In this document: positions 53,901-64,000 of the stretch, in pieces
How positions within the stretch are numbered: the stretch's first letter is position 1
How the letters are laid out: every line of letters starts with the position of its first letter
NCBI GenBank assembly: GCA_002269645.1
Contig: NIVC01000546.1
Location: 124,001-188,000, forward strand
From: Macrostomum lignano
Lineage: Eukaryota
Direction: 5' to 3'
DNA length: 64,000 nucleotides
Notes under the pieces: generated by a model
The model's input: only the letters and a program-made list of their open reading frames with translations
What the model was told of the DNA's origin: nothing
The model's database searches: none
Program-made: the position numbers and the translations under genes

Positions 53901-56900
53901 CCCGAGCTGCTATCGGGTGAGCTGGCCAGGTTGTTGGGCATCGGCTGGGCGGCGGCAGCTGGCAGCAGTTTGCCAGTGAGGATGGCCAGGTTGCCGATGC
54001 CCAGCTCAACCAGAAGGCGTCTGTCAGTCTCGGCGGGTTCCAGGCATTCGTTATTGAAGTAGAGCTCAAGGCGGCAGGGAAATGGCGCCGCCTGGTGGCT
54101 GGCGATCTCTCTGAGAACGCTGCGCCGGTAATAGCCCAGGGTCTCGTTGGAGTGGGCCCAGTACTCGTGATCGGCTTTGCTGAGCTGCTGCTGGCCTGCC
54201 AGTCTCGGGTGCTGCGAGTGCGGCGGCTGCGGCGACACGTGCGTCTGGGGCTGGCCCGGACCGCCCGCCTGCGGCAGTTCGGGGGGCAACCAGTCATTAC
54301 CAACTGACAGATTCTGCAACCAGTCATTACCAACTGGCAGATTCTGCAACCAGTCATTACCAACTGACAGATTCTGCAACCAGTCATTACCAACTGGCAG
54401 ATACTGCAACCAGTCATTACCAACTGGCAGATTCTGCAACCAGTCATTACCAACTGGCAGATTCTGCAACCAGTCATTACCAACTGACAGATTCTACAAC
54501 CAGTCATTACCAACTGACAGATACTGCAACCAGTCATTACCAAGCATCATCAACTCTACAAGCAGAGCTCAGATGCAAACAGCCCAGCATTACCAACACT
54601 ACAAGCAGAGCTCAGATGCAAACAGCCCAGCATTACCAACACTACAAGCAGAGCTCAGATGCAAACAGCCCAGCATTACCAACTCTACAAGCAGAGCTCA
54701 GATGCAAACAGCCCAGCATTACCAACACTACAAGCAGAGCTCAGATGCAAACAGCCCAGCATTACCAACACTACAAGCAGAGCTCAGGTGCAAACAGCCC
54801 AGCATTACCAACACTACAAGCAGAGCTCAGGTGCAAACAGCCCAGCATTACCAACTCTACAAGCAGAGCTCAGATGCAAACAGCCCAGCATTACCAACTC
54901 TACAAGCAGAGCTCAGATGCAAACAGCCCAGCATTACCAACACTACAAGCAGAGCTCAGATGCAAACAGCCCAGCATTACCAACACTACAAGCAGAGCTC
55001 AGGTGCAAACAGCCCAGCATTACCAACACTACAAGCAGAGCTCAGGTGCAAACAGCCCAGCATTACCAACTCTACAAGCAGAGCTCAGATTCAAACAGCC
55101 CAGCATTACCAACTCTACAAGCAGAGCTCAGATGCAAACAGCCCAGCATTACCAACACTACAAGCAGAGCTCAGATTCAAACAGCCCAGCATTACCAACT
55201 CTACAAGCAGAGCTCAGATGCAAACAGCCCAGCATTACCAACTCTACAAGCAGAGCTCAGATGCAAACAGCCCAGCATTACCAACACTACAAGCAGAGCT
55301 CAGATGCAAACAGCCCAGCATTACCAACACTACAAGCAGAGCTCAGGTGCAAACAGCCCAGCATTACCAACACTACAAGCAGAGCTCAGGTGCAAACAGC
55401 CCAGCATTACCAACTCTACAAGCAGAGCTCAGATTCAAACAGCCCAGCATTACCAACTCTACAAGCAGAGCTCAGATGCAAACAGCCCAGCATTACCAAA
55501 TCCCAGCCAGCCCTCACCTGTCCAGTCTGCAGCCGCAGTATGACTTTGAAGCTGTGGCCACGCCAGGCGTGCATCAGCCGCGGTTGCTGTCGCTCTTCGC
55601 CGAAGCGATCGTCAGTCTCGCTGAGGAACTCGCGGAAGACGTGCAGCACGCGGACCATTTTGCCGCACTCTTCGGCCACTTTGGCAGCCGCCGCCGGGTC
55701 GCCTTTGACGCAGCTGACGGTGTCGAATCCGGCTCGAAGCCGGTCCAGACAGCTCTGAATGAAGTCCTCGTGAATGACCGCGAGCTTGGAGGTGAGCTTC
55801 GGTCCCAGATGGGTGTACATTTCTTTGAGTAGGTTTGTAGCCTTGTCGGCGACTAAATCGGAGCCTTCAATAGCCAGGCGCCACAGGTAGTCGCCGCCGA
55901 TCATGTTGATGTCGTCCATGTAGGCGCTGTGGTGCCGCACTAGCAGCTTCTCCGCTCGAAGATTTGTTGACCGAAAGAAATTCTGAAAGCAGTTGATGCC
56001 GGCCTCCGTGACTAGGCGAGGGTCCAGCTGGAGGATGTGATTCTCAAAGAACTGCTGCATGATTTCCGGGTTCAGGTCCGGCTCGTCGCCCATCAACTGC
56101 GGTGGAACAAAGGTGTGGCAGTGTGGCAGGTATATTATCTTATATACAGTTTTCATCTGAGGGGGGTTGTAGCCGAGTGGTCAGAGCGTCGAACTCACGA
56201 TTGAAAGGTCGGGGGTTCGATTCTTAACTCACCCAAAACAATTTGTGTCCTTGGGCAAGACACTTAACTCTGAACTGCTTCAGTTCACCCAGCTGTCATT
56301 TTACGATAGTATTGGCCTCACGGAAACAGAGACCACAAACAACTCACCTTAGTGAACCACTTGAAGCAGGTCTCCCTGTCAGTGGGGTACACAGGGCTGA
56401 CCGCTAGGCAGTTCCAGATCTGCACAGCCTGCTCCTCTCCAAGCCACAGCATGCCGTCTTTGAGCAGGAATCTCAGGAATTTCAGCCGCTCGGACACGTG
56501 GGTCACGTGATTATAGCGATCGTCCGGCAGCACGTCCAGTTGAGTGTGCTCAGGGTGCTCTGCGAATACGGTGCAATTTAATGGCGTTTCACCAAATATA
56601 TTACTGTACTTCAGCAGTAATATCGTAGTATATTAATGTTTAACGATCCCATCATTTACCTGGCATTCCATATCATACATAATCCCATCATTTACCTGGC
56701 ATCCCATATCATACATAATCCTGGCATCCCATATCATACACCATCCCATCATTTACCTGGCATCCCATATCATACATAATCCCATCATTTACCTGGCAAC
56801 GCATATCATACACAATCCCATCATTTACCTGGCATCCCATATCATACATAATCCCATCATTTACCTGGCATCCCATATCATACACAATCCCATCATTTAC

Positions 56901-59900
56901 CTGGCATCCCATATCATACATAATCCTGGCATCCCATATCATACACCATCCCATCATTTACCTGGCAACCCATATCATACACAATCCCATCATTTACCTG
57001 GCATCCCATATCATACATAATCCCATCAATTTACCTGGCATCCCATATCATACACAATCCCATCATTTACCTGGCATCCCATATCATACACAATCCCATC
57101 ATTTACCTGGCATCCCATATCATACATAATCCTGGCATCCCATATCATACACCATCCCATCATTTACCTGGCAACCCATATCATACACAATCCCATCATT
57201 TACCTGGCATCCCATATCATACATAATCCCATCAATTTACCTGGCATCCCATATCATACACAATCCCATCATTTACCTGGCATCCCATATCATACACAAT
57301 CCCATTATTTACCTGGCAACCCATATCATACATAATCCCATCAATTTACCTGGCATCCCATATCATACACAATCCCATTATTTACCTGGCATTCCATATC
57401 ATACACAATCCCATTATTTACCTGGCATCCCATATCATACACAATCCCATCATTTACCTGGCATCCCATATCATACACAATCCCATCATTTACCTGGCAT
57501 CCCATATCATACACAATCCCATCATTTACCTGGCATCCCATATCATACACAATCCCATCAATTTACATGGCATCCAATATTATAAAAACTACAAATACTT
57601 TATCACAGCATTCCCATGCGAGACCCAATCAAAACGCACCTTTAGCAAATTTAGACGCCTTCTCCGTGTACTGCACCAGATTTGTAGCCACTCTGGTCAA
57701 AATATTGTGCGTGTTGTTAAGCTTGTTGATGACGTCATTTCTATAGCCTTGCGATTGATTCTTAGGATATTGCTGGTGCGGCGGCTGCAAATGGGGCAAA
57801 GCAGCATGCGGAGTTTTAATAAAAACACTATTGAAAAGTACACATGTACTTTAAGATATAAAACTGTATCCAAAATACACTGACCTCATGAAATAAGCAG
57901 CAGATGTCTCTAATATGTTTAAGCGCCGGCAAAATCCATTTGTCGCCTTTGTCCATCTCAGCAACTGTCCTATCGATCCACTGCAGCTTCTGTTGCTCCC
58001 GATCCTGTCATTAAATGCGGCATATGGTTTAGTTAGTAAAATTATAAATTCAATGACGTCATCATTTATTCAATCTACTATAAAATTGTGGGAAAACACT
58101 AATAACTCTACTTAATACAAGTAGTATCATTCAGAATAACACGAAAGCCGATCTTTTTACCTGCGAACAGCTGTAGTCCAATATCTTAATATGCGCGCTC
58201 AATGCCTGATCCATGATGTCGATGGGGCAGTCGGGACTGTGAGCCAGCTGCCATAGAAGCTCAAGAACCTTCTGCGCCATCACACCCTCTTTATCATCCT
58301 CAGCTAGTCGGCGAATCAGTTCAAGCAGCTTCTCGCGCTCCTTTTTCTCGGCGTTGCGCCAGGAATTTTGAAAGCACACGAACAAATGATCCAGCTGATC
58401 CGCAGAGAAATCCCAGGCCAGTTTGGCCAGCAGATCGTGGACATTCTTAACAATGGCCTCGTGTTTGCCGCGCTGAGCGTCCCAGATTTTGTCCAGTTCG
58501 CTTGCCGGCAGCTGCTTCTCCTTGATCATAAATCTGATTAGCTTCTCCAGCTTCTCAACGTACTGCGGCTGGTGAAGATTCTCTTTGAGCACAATAGAAA
58601 GCACTTGGTTGCGCTGGATCCATTCCGCAATTTTCTCCGGGGTCAGGAAGCCTTCGGGGTCGCGGTGCCTGCGGCGGGAATGCAACAGATTCTCTGAATA
58701 TCTAAGGACACAAATCTCGAGAAACTGCGGACACAACTCTGAGCAATCTGAGGACACAGTATGAGAATCTGCAGACATAAATTATGAGAATCTACAGACA
58801 CAAATAATGAGGATCTGCGGACACAAATAATGAGGATCCGAAAACAAATCATGAAAATTTGCAGAAACAAATCATGAGAATTTGCGGACACAAATCATGA
58901 GGATCTGCGGACACAAATCATGAGGATCTGCAGACACAAATCATGAGGATCTGCAGACACAAATCATGAGGATCTGCAGACACAAATAATGAGGATCTGC
59001 AGACACAAATCATGAGGATCTGCAGACACAAATAATGAGGATCTGCAGACACAAATCATGAGGATCTGCAAATACAAATCATGAGGGTGTGTGGATACAA
59101 ATCATGAGGATCTGAAAACAAATTATGAGGATCTGCAGACACAAATCATGAGGATCTGCAGACACAAATAATGAGGATCTGCAGACACAAATAATGAGGA
59201 TCTGCAGACACAAATCATGAGGATCTGCAGACACAAATCATGAGGATCTGCAGACACAAATCATGAGGATCTGCAGACACAAATCATGAGGATCTGCAGA
59301 CACAAATAATGAGGATCTGCAGACACAAATCATGAGGATCTGCAAATACAAATCATGAGGGTGTGTGGATACAAATCATGAGGATCTGAAAACAAATTAT
59401 GAGGATCTGCAGACACAAATCATGAGGATCTGCAGACACAAATAATGAGGATCTGCAGACACAAATAATGAGGATCTGCAGACACAAATCATGAGGATCT
59501 GCGGACACAAATAATGAGGATCTGCGGACACAAATCATGAGGATCTGCAGACACAAATAATGAGGATCTGCAGACACAAATCATATGAGGATCTGCAGAC
59601 ACAAATCATATGAGGATCTGCGGACACAAATAATGAGGATCTGCGGACACAAATCATGGAGATCTGCAGACACAAATCATGAGGATCTGCAAGGATGAGC
59701 AAAATGAGAGTCCCAACGCACCTGTGCTGATAATAGCTAACAGAGGTTATAGCTTTGTTCAATTCGTTAAGCGCCTTCATTTTGCCATTAAAAGAAGACA
59801 ATTGCAGTACGCGCAGAATCATTTTGAGCCTCAGCTCCTCCAGATTTCTGGTGGTCTCCTCCTGGTCCGGCAGGCGCATTAGCAGGCACTGAAGGCAGCG

Positions 59901-62016
59901 CACAATGCCACTAAGACAGTCGTGCTTGTCAGATTTGCTCTCCCGTTTGAGATCGGCGTCGCTCAGCCGATTGAGGAAGCCCTGCACTACTGGCAGTAGA
60001 GGCACGAAATAGGTGCTCACGGTGGACGGCGCCAGGACTTCGGCGCTGGCGCCAAAAGGGCGCAACAAACTGGCGATGATTGTCACGTTGAGAGTGTCAC
60101 GTTGCTCAAATCGGCGAGCCAGCGCCTGCGGCAGAGTACAACAAGTCGGTGAGTACATTGTAAGTGTAGAAGCTGGGCGACCCGGTGAAGGATCGGGGGT
60201 AAGGAATCGGGGAGGGGATGAAGGATTGGGGAGGGGATGAAGGATAAGGGAGGGGATGAAGGATCGGGGAGGGGATGAAGGATCGGGGAGGGGATGAAGG
60301 ATCGGGGAGGGGATGAAGGATCGGGGAGGGGATGAAGGATCATGGAGGGGATAAAGGATCAGGGAGGGGATGAAGGATCATGGAGGGGATGAAGGATCGG
60401 GGAGGGGATGAAGGATCATGGAGGGGATGAAGGATCGGGGAGGGGATGAAGGATCATGGAGGGGATAAAGGATCAGGGAGGGGATGAAGGATCATGGAGG
60501 GGATGAAGGATCGGGGAGGGGATGAAGGATCAGGGAGGGGATGAAGGATCGGGGAGGGGATAAAGGACGGGGAACAGACATAGAATAATAGGCAAGCCAG
60601 TACCTGAAAGCCGCCCAATCTGCCGAAGCAGTTGACCAGATCCACCAGCCAGTGCATTGGACTCTTATTCTCCCTGGGGACGGCAAACACAGGAGGCGGA
60701 CCGCCAGCAGAGGCGGCTGCAGTGGCTGCCGCGATGGTGGCGGCGGCAGAGGGCGACACGGCTGCTGCAGGCTGCGGCAGCAACGGCGATCGCTGGCCGT
60801 TGAAAATATGAAACTTTGTCTCCGGGTTAAGCACCAGAAACAGCAATTCGAGAAGGTAGGGATTGTCTCTGTCCAGTCTCAGCACAATCATCTGCAGTAG
60901 AAGCTTAGCAGAGTCCAGAATGTACTTTTGTATCTCGAATTTCCAAGAATTGACAGCCTCGTCGGTGAAGATCTTATTGAAAGAGAGAACCAAGCCGTCG
61001 CGGATGAAGCGCTGACAGGAGGGCGATTGTTCGTCCAAGTCAAAGCGCATCAGGTTGATGGAGGCCAGCAGCAGGTGCTCAAGTTCGGCGTCCGGCAGCA
61101 CCGGCACCACCCAGCGGTTGCGGCCGATCATCTCCTCCAGGCGGGCCAGCTCCTCGGCTGGGAACTTCGGGTCGCCGTTATCAACTAGCAGCGATTCGCG
61201 AGTCACCACCACTGAGGCCGCCGACGCCGCAGCCGACGTGCCGGCTTCGGCGGGACTCGTCGTCGCTGTCATCGTCGCTGCGGTGTCGGTGGTAGTCGAT
61301 GGGGCAACACCGGTGGAGTTCGGATCCGCGCCGCCGCCTCCTCCGCCACCGTCTCCAGCATCGCCGTCGGCGGCTTCTGTCGGCGAGGCAACTTCGCCTA
61401 GATTGAGCGGATCGACAATAGTGGGCAGTATTTGAATTTAATGTAATTTGTGTTACCGACATGCATCAAAAAGCAACATATACCGATTTTTAATAGAAAA
61501 TTCAATAGACAGACACACAGACAGACAGACAGAGAGACAGACAGAGAGACAGACAGAGAGACAGACAGAGAGACAGACAGGCATGCAGACAGACAGACAG
61601 ACATACGGACAGTCAGACAGACACAGGCAGACAGACAGTCAGTCAGACAGAGACAGACAGACAGACACACAGACACACAGACATACGGACAGTCAGACAG
61701 ACACAGGCAGACAGACAGGCAGGCAGACAGAGAGGCAGACAGACAGAAAGACAGACAGACAGACAGACAGACAGAGAGACAGACAGGCATGCAGACAGAC
61801 AGACAGACAGACAGACATACGGACAGTCAGACAGACACAGGCAGACAGACAGTCAGTCAGACAGAGACAGACAGACAGACACAGGCAGACAGACAGGCAG
61901 GCAGACAGAGAGGCAGACAGACAGACAGACAGACAGAGAGACAGACAGGCATGCAGACAGACAGACAGACATACGGACAGTCAGACAGACACAGGCAGAC
62001 AGACAGTCAGTCAGAC

Positions 62017-62047
<31 letters not shown>

Positions 62048-62146
62048 CAGACAGACAGACAGACAGACACACAGACACACAGACAGACAGACATACGGAC
62101 AGTCAGACAGACACAGGCAGACAGACAGGCAGGCAGACAGAGAGGC

Positions 62147-62189
<43 letters not shown>

Positions 62190-62500
62190 GAGACAGACAG
62201 GCATGTAGACAGACAGACAGACATACGGACAGTCAGACAGACACAGGCAGACAGACAGTCAGTCAGACAGAGACAGACAGACAGACACACAGACACACAG
62301 ACAGACAGACATACGGACAGTCAGACAGACACAGGCAGGCAGACAGGCAGGCAGACAGAGAGGCAGACAGACAGACAGACAGAGAGACAGACAGACAGAC
62401 ACAGACAGACAGACACACAGACACACAGACACACAGACAGACAGACATACGGACAGTCAGACAGACACAGGCAGACAGACAGGCAGGCAGACAGAGAGGC

Positions 62501-62543
<43 letters not shown>

Positions 62544-62764
62544 AGACTGTAATCACCAGTTATAACAGTGATGGCCTCGGGTCCAATAGGGGGCGCTTGC
62601 GGCTGCTGCTGTGGCGGCACAGACGACGATGTTGAAGGCTGGCTGCTGCTATCAGCATCTTCAGCTGACTGTTGTTGCTGTTGCTGCTGATCTGGATGCT
62701 GCGTTCGCTGCTGCTGCTGCTGATTATCGGAAGCATCATCCGACTTTGCGTACTTAATTGTCAT
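46398..62764 (-). CDS. USP9X: Ubiquitin carboxyl-terminal hydrolase USP9X/fat facets ortholog, 13 coding exons, about 2769 aa: complement(join(46398-46724,46966-49395,49714-50502,52199-52576,52853-54268,55518-56096,56348-56559,57640-57784,57885-58004,58161-58668,59722-60125,60604-61397,62557-62764))
   Basis: Cys box [23 protein letters not shown], His box [25 protein letters not shown]; USP9-typical [21 protein letters not shown] and [12 protein letters not shown]. All junctions are GT-AG and phase-consistent; the summed exon length of 8310 nt is divisible by 3. Confidence 0.95.
46966..49395 (-). CDS. USP9X: USP9 exon: catalytic domain fingers, His box and C-terminal region
   Basis: Acceptor ttgtcag|gtt, donor ttt|gtgagt. 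Confidence 0.95.
49450..49701. repeat. Minisatellite, 20 bp unit acctgacagtgagtctgtct (USP9 intron)
   Basis: Direct tandem repetition. Confidence 0.95.
49714..50502 (-). CDS. USP9X: USP9 exon with the catalytic Cys box
   Basis: Acceptor gtcaccag|ggc, donor aag|gtgagc; 263 codons. Confidence 0.95.
50625..52190. repeat. Minisatellite, 20 bp unit acctgactacctcattaacc (USP9 intron)
   Basis: Direct tandem repetition over about 1.55 kb. Confidence 0.96.
52199..52576 (-). CDS. USP9X: USP9 exon ([19 protein letters not shown]...DENLLQ)
   Basis: ctctcag|gtg ... cag|gtgaga; 126 codons. Confidence 0.92.
52853..54268 (-). CDS. USP9X: USP9 exon with most of the ubiquitin-like domain
   Basis: gccgcag|gcg ... 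tct|gtaagt; [14 protein letters not shown] resembles the USP9 UBL. Confidence 0.9.
54290..54545. repeat. Minisatellite, 30 bp unit aaccagtcattaccaactgacagattctgc
   Basis: Direct tandem repetition next to the USP9 acceptor. Confidence 0.95.
54541..55498. repeat. Minisatellite, 43 bp unit aagcagagctcagatgcaaacagcccagcattaccaactctac
   Basis: Direct tandem repetition; explains the [11 protein letters not shown] ORFs. Confidence 0.96.
55518..56096 (-). CDS. USP9X: USP9 exon ([11 protein letters not shown]...RLQTGQ)
   Basis: caccgcag|ttg ... cag|gtgagg. Confidence 0.93.
56160..56300 (+). mobile_element. tRNA-derived SINE with a CORE/Meta-like central domain, antisense in a USP9 intron
   Basis: A box tagccgagtgg, B box ggttcgattc, then gtgtccttgggcaagacacttaac...cacccagctgt, resembling conserved SINE central domains; appears 3'-truncated. 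Confidence 0.75.
56348..56559 (-). CDS. USP9X: USP9 exon ([17 protein letters not shown])
   Basis: ttcgcag|ag (phase 1) ... aag|gtgagt. Confidence 0.93.
56646..57570. repeat. Minisatellite, 36 bp unit catcccatatcatacacaatcccatcatttacctgg (USP9 intron)
   Basis: Direct tandem repetition; the sense strand reads CCAG|GTAAAT. Confidence 0.95.
57640..57784 (-). CDS. USP9X: USP9 exon (PPHQQYPK...SKFAK)
   Basis: atttgcag|ccg ... g|gtgcgt, 145 nt; not in the ORF track. Confidence 0.85.
57885..58004 (-). CDS. USP9X: USP9 exon ([12 protein letters not shown]...ICCLFHE)
   Basis: atgacag|gat ... gag|gtcagt, 120 nt; resembles USP9X DRDTQKIQWIDR. Confidence 0.92.
58161..58668 (-). CDS. USP9X: USP9 exon ([10 protein letters not shown]...DYSCSQ)
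   Basis: cgccgcag|g (phase 2) ... cag|gtaaaa. Confidence 0.94.
58775..59690. repeat. Minisatellite, 23 bp unit atgaggatctgcagacacaaatc (USP9 intron)
   Basis: Direct tandem repetition; the sense strand reads tttgtgtctgcag|at. Confidence 0.95.
59722..60125 (-). CDS. USP9X: USP9 exon (ALARRFE...SVSYYQHR)
   Basis: ctgccgcag|gcg ... ag|gtgcgt. Confidence 0.94.
60188..60570. repeat. Minisatellite, 19 bp unit gatcggggaggggatgaag (USP9 intron)
   Basis: Direct tandem repetition. Confidence 0.95.
60604..61397 (-). CDS. USP9X: USP9 exon ([24 protein letters not shown]...LGGFQ)
   Basis: aatctag|gc (phase 1) ... cag|gtactg. Confidence 0.93.
61507..62540. repeat. (GACA)n-based compound microsatellite with higher-order blocks (USP9 intron 1)
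   Basis: GACA backbone with recurring ggcatgcagac...catacggacagtcag blocks. Confidence 0.95.
62557..62764 (-). CDS. USP9X: USP9 putative first coding exon ([10 protein letters not shown]...)
   Basis: ATG at 62764; donor g|gtgatt in phase 1 matching the next exon; MT start and Q/P-rich low complexity like USP9 N-termini. Confidence 0.65.
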
Positions 62765-63262
62765 AGAGATGCAGCTCAATGCACTAAATAGATTACTGGA
62801 ATAAATGATGATAAGTAATATGACATGATTATTTAACAATGCTTGACTCAACCCAGCTTTTGATTGGATTTCCTATATACTAAAAATGAAATGTGTGTCT
62901 CTGTGAGATAGATTTTAGAAAAAACGGCTAAGCCGATTTTCTTCAAACTTGCACCATTCGATCAGAATTTTATTCTAAATTTGACTGCAGTTGCTTTTAA
63001 TTTTAACTAAAGTGTAGGTTTCAAAAAAAGAAAACATTTTTATATAATTTGATCATTTTCTTACATTAATCAATATCAAAATAATATTTTTAATTCTATG
63101 CAAATGGGCTCTCTAAAAAAGCTAGTGCTTAACTTTTGTTTTACTTCATAGTAATTTTTTCTACCTTTAAGGACATTTAATAAGCAGATACTCATATAGA
63201 GGTTAAAAGTAAGATCAATATTGGGATCCTATCTTATCCTCTACTAGCTAGTTGTCTTATAA

Positions 63263-63620
63263 CAGGAGTTAGCAAACTCTAGCCCATTTAGGCCATATGC
63301 AGCCTACTAGGCCTCTCTATCTAGCCATTGGGTCCCTTGAAATTTCACAATAGCCATCTGGCCTCTCTACAGTTTGTGGCTCTTTTTGGCTCTCTTAGCC
63401 TTCTCTCCTCTCTTCTTTCCTCTCCACTTTTTCCTTTCTACTCTCTCTTCTCCCTCTCTCCTCTTCATTTTCTCTCTCCTTTCTCACCTCTTCTCTCCTC
63501 TCCCTTCTACTCTCCTCTTCCTTCTTATTCTTTTCCCTCCCTTTTCCCATCTCCCTTCTCTTGCGCATTCTACCATTTTTCCTCTCCTCTCTTCTCTATT
63601 CACCTCTTTTTTTCCTTCTA
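63263..63620 (+). mobile_element. Degenerate hAT/Charlie-like element end followed by a CT-rich tract
   Basis: caggagttagcaaactc matches the reverse complement of 632-648 at 15/17, with a shared subterminal cctctatct.gcc motif and CT-rich interior; the partner TIR is not found. Confidence 0.45.
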
Positions 63621-64000
63621 GCTCATGGTCATGTGCTAGATTCTTCATTTTACCCTTGAGATAAATTTTATAGTTTTGAAAACATTTATAATCTCATATT
63701 TGCATACTTAACCTAGGTGTAGACTGTATAATCAAGAATATTATTAAGATTGCTAATTGATTATTTTTTATAAGGCCTAATAAATAGGTATAAGTAACAA
63801 ATGTTAAAGCTTACTTAAAGGAATAATTATCTAAATAGTAATATTTAAAATTTAATCATTTGATATTAATAGAAAATTGATGAAATAAATACCAGGTATA
63901 ATGTAATAAAATGATAAATTGCCAATATATTCTGCAATATAATATAACTAATAGGTTTGCGTCAAATTTTTTTTTGTAATTATAGGCTACCTAATATAGC

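Noticed and set aside
54177-55832. Plus-strand 551, 380 and 294 aa ORFs
   Set aside because: Antisense translations of USP9 intronic arrays and exon sequence.
61448-62635. RQTD-rich 395-aa ORF and related ORFs
   Set aside because: Translations of the GACA microsatellite.

Overview
Eukaryotic (animal) genomic DNA with GC-rich exons rich in poly-Q/A/P codons and about 30 unrelated minisatellite arrays filling introns and intergenic space. This style suggests a Macrostomum-like flatworm, which is my inference only. I manually spliced four host genes: (1) a PHRF1-like RING-RING-PHD-SRI gene (+, 3345-16138); (2) an intronless class A peptide GPCR of the somatostatin/allatostatin-C type (-, 18658-20091); (3) an NK2.1/scarecrow homeobox gene (+, 28895-33515); (4) a complete 13-exon USP9X/fat facets deubiquitinase (-, 46398-62764, about 2769 aa). 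The last PHRF1 intron holds an apparently intact 3521-bp P-superfamily (THAP9-like) transposon. It has a 941-aa ORF, perfect 37-bp TIRs, a 7-bp TSD, and inner inverted repeats set 20 bp (5' end) and 9 bp (3' end) from the TIRs, closely mirroring the Drosophila P-element end asymmetry. Other notable signals are a tandemly duplicated RING module, minisatellites that copy or mimic splice sites, and clustering of unrelated repeat unit lengths near 21 and 42 bp. Most long ORFs in the supplied track are artefacts of tandem repeats. All exon boundaries come from GT/AG signals, reading-phase consistency and remembered protein homology, not from RNA data.
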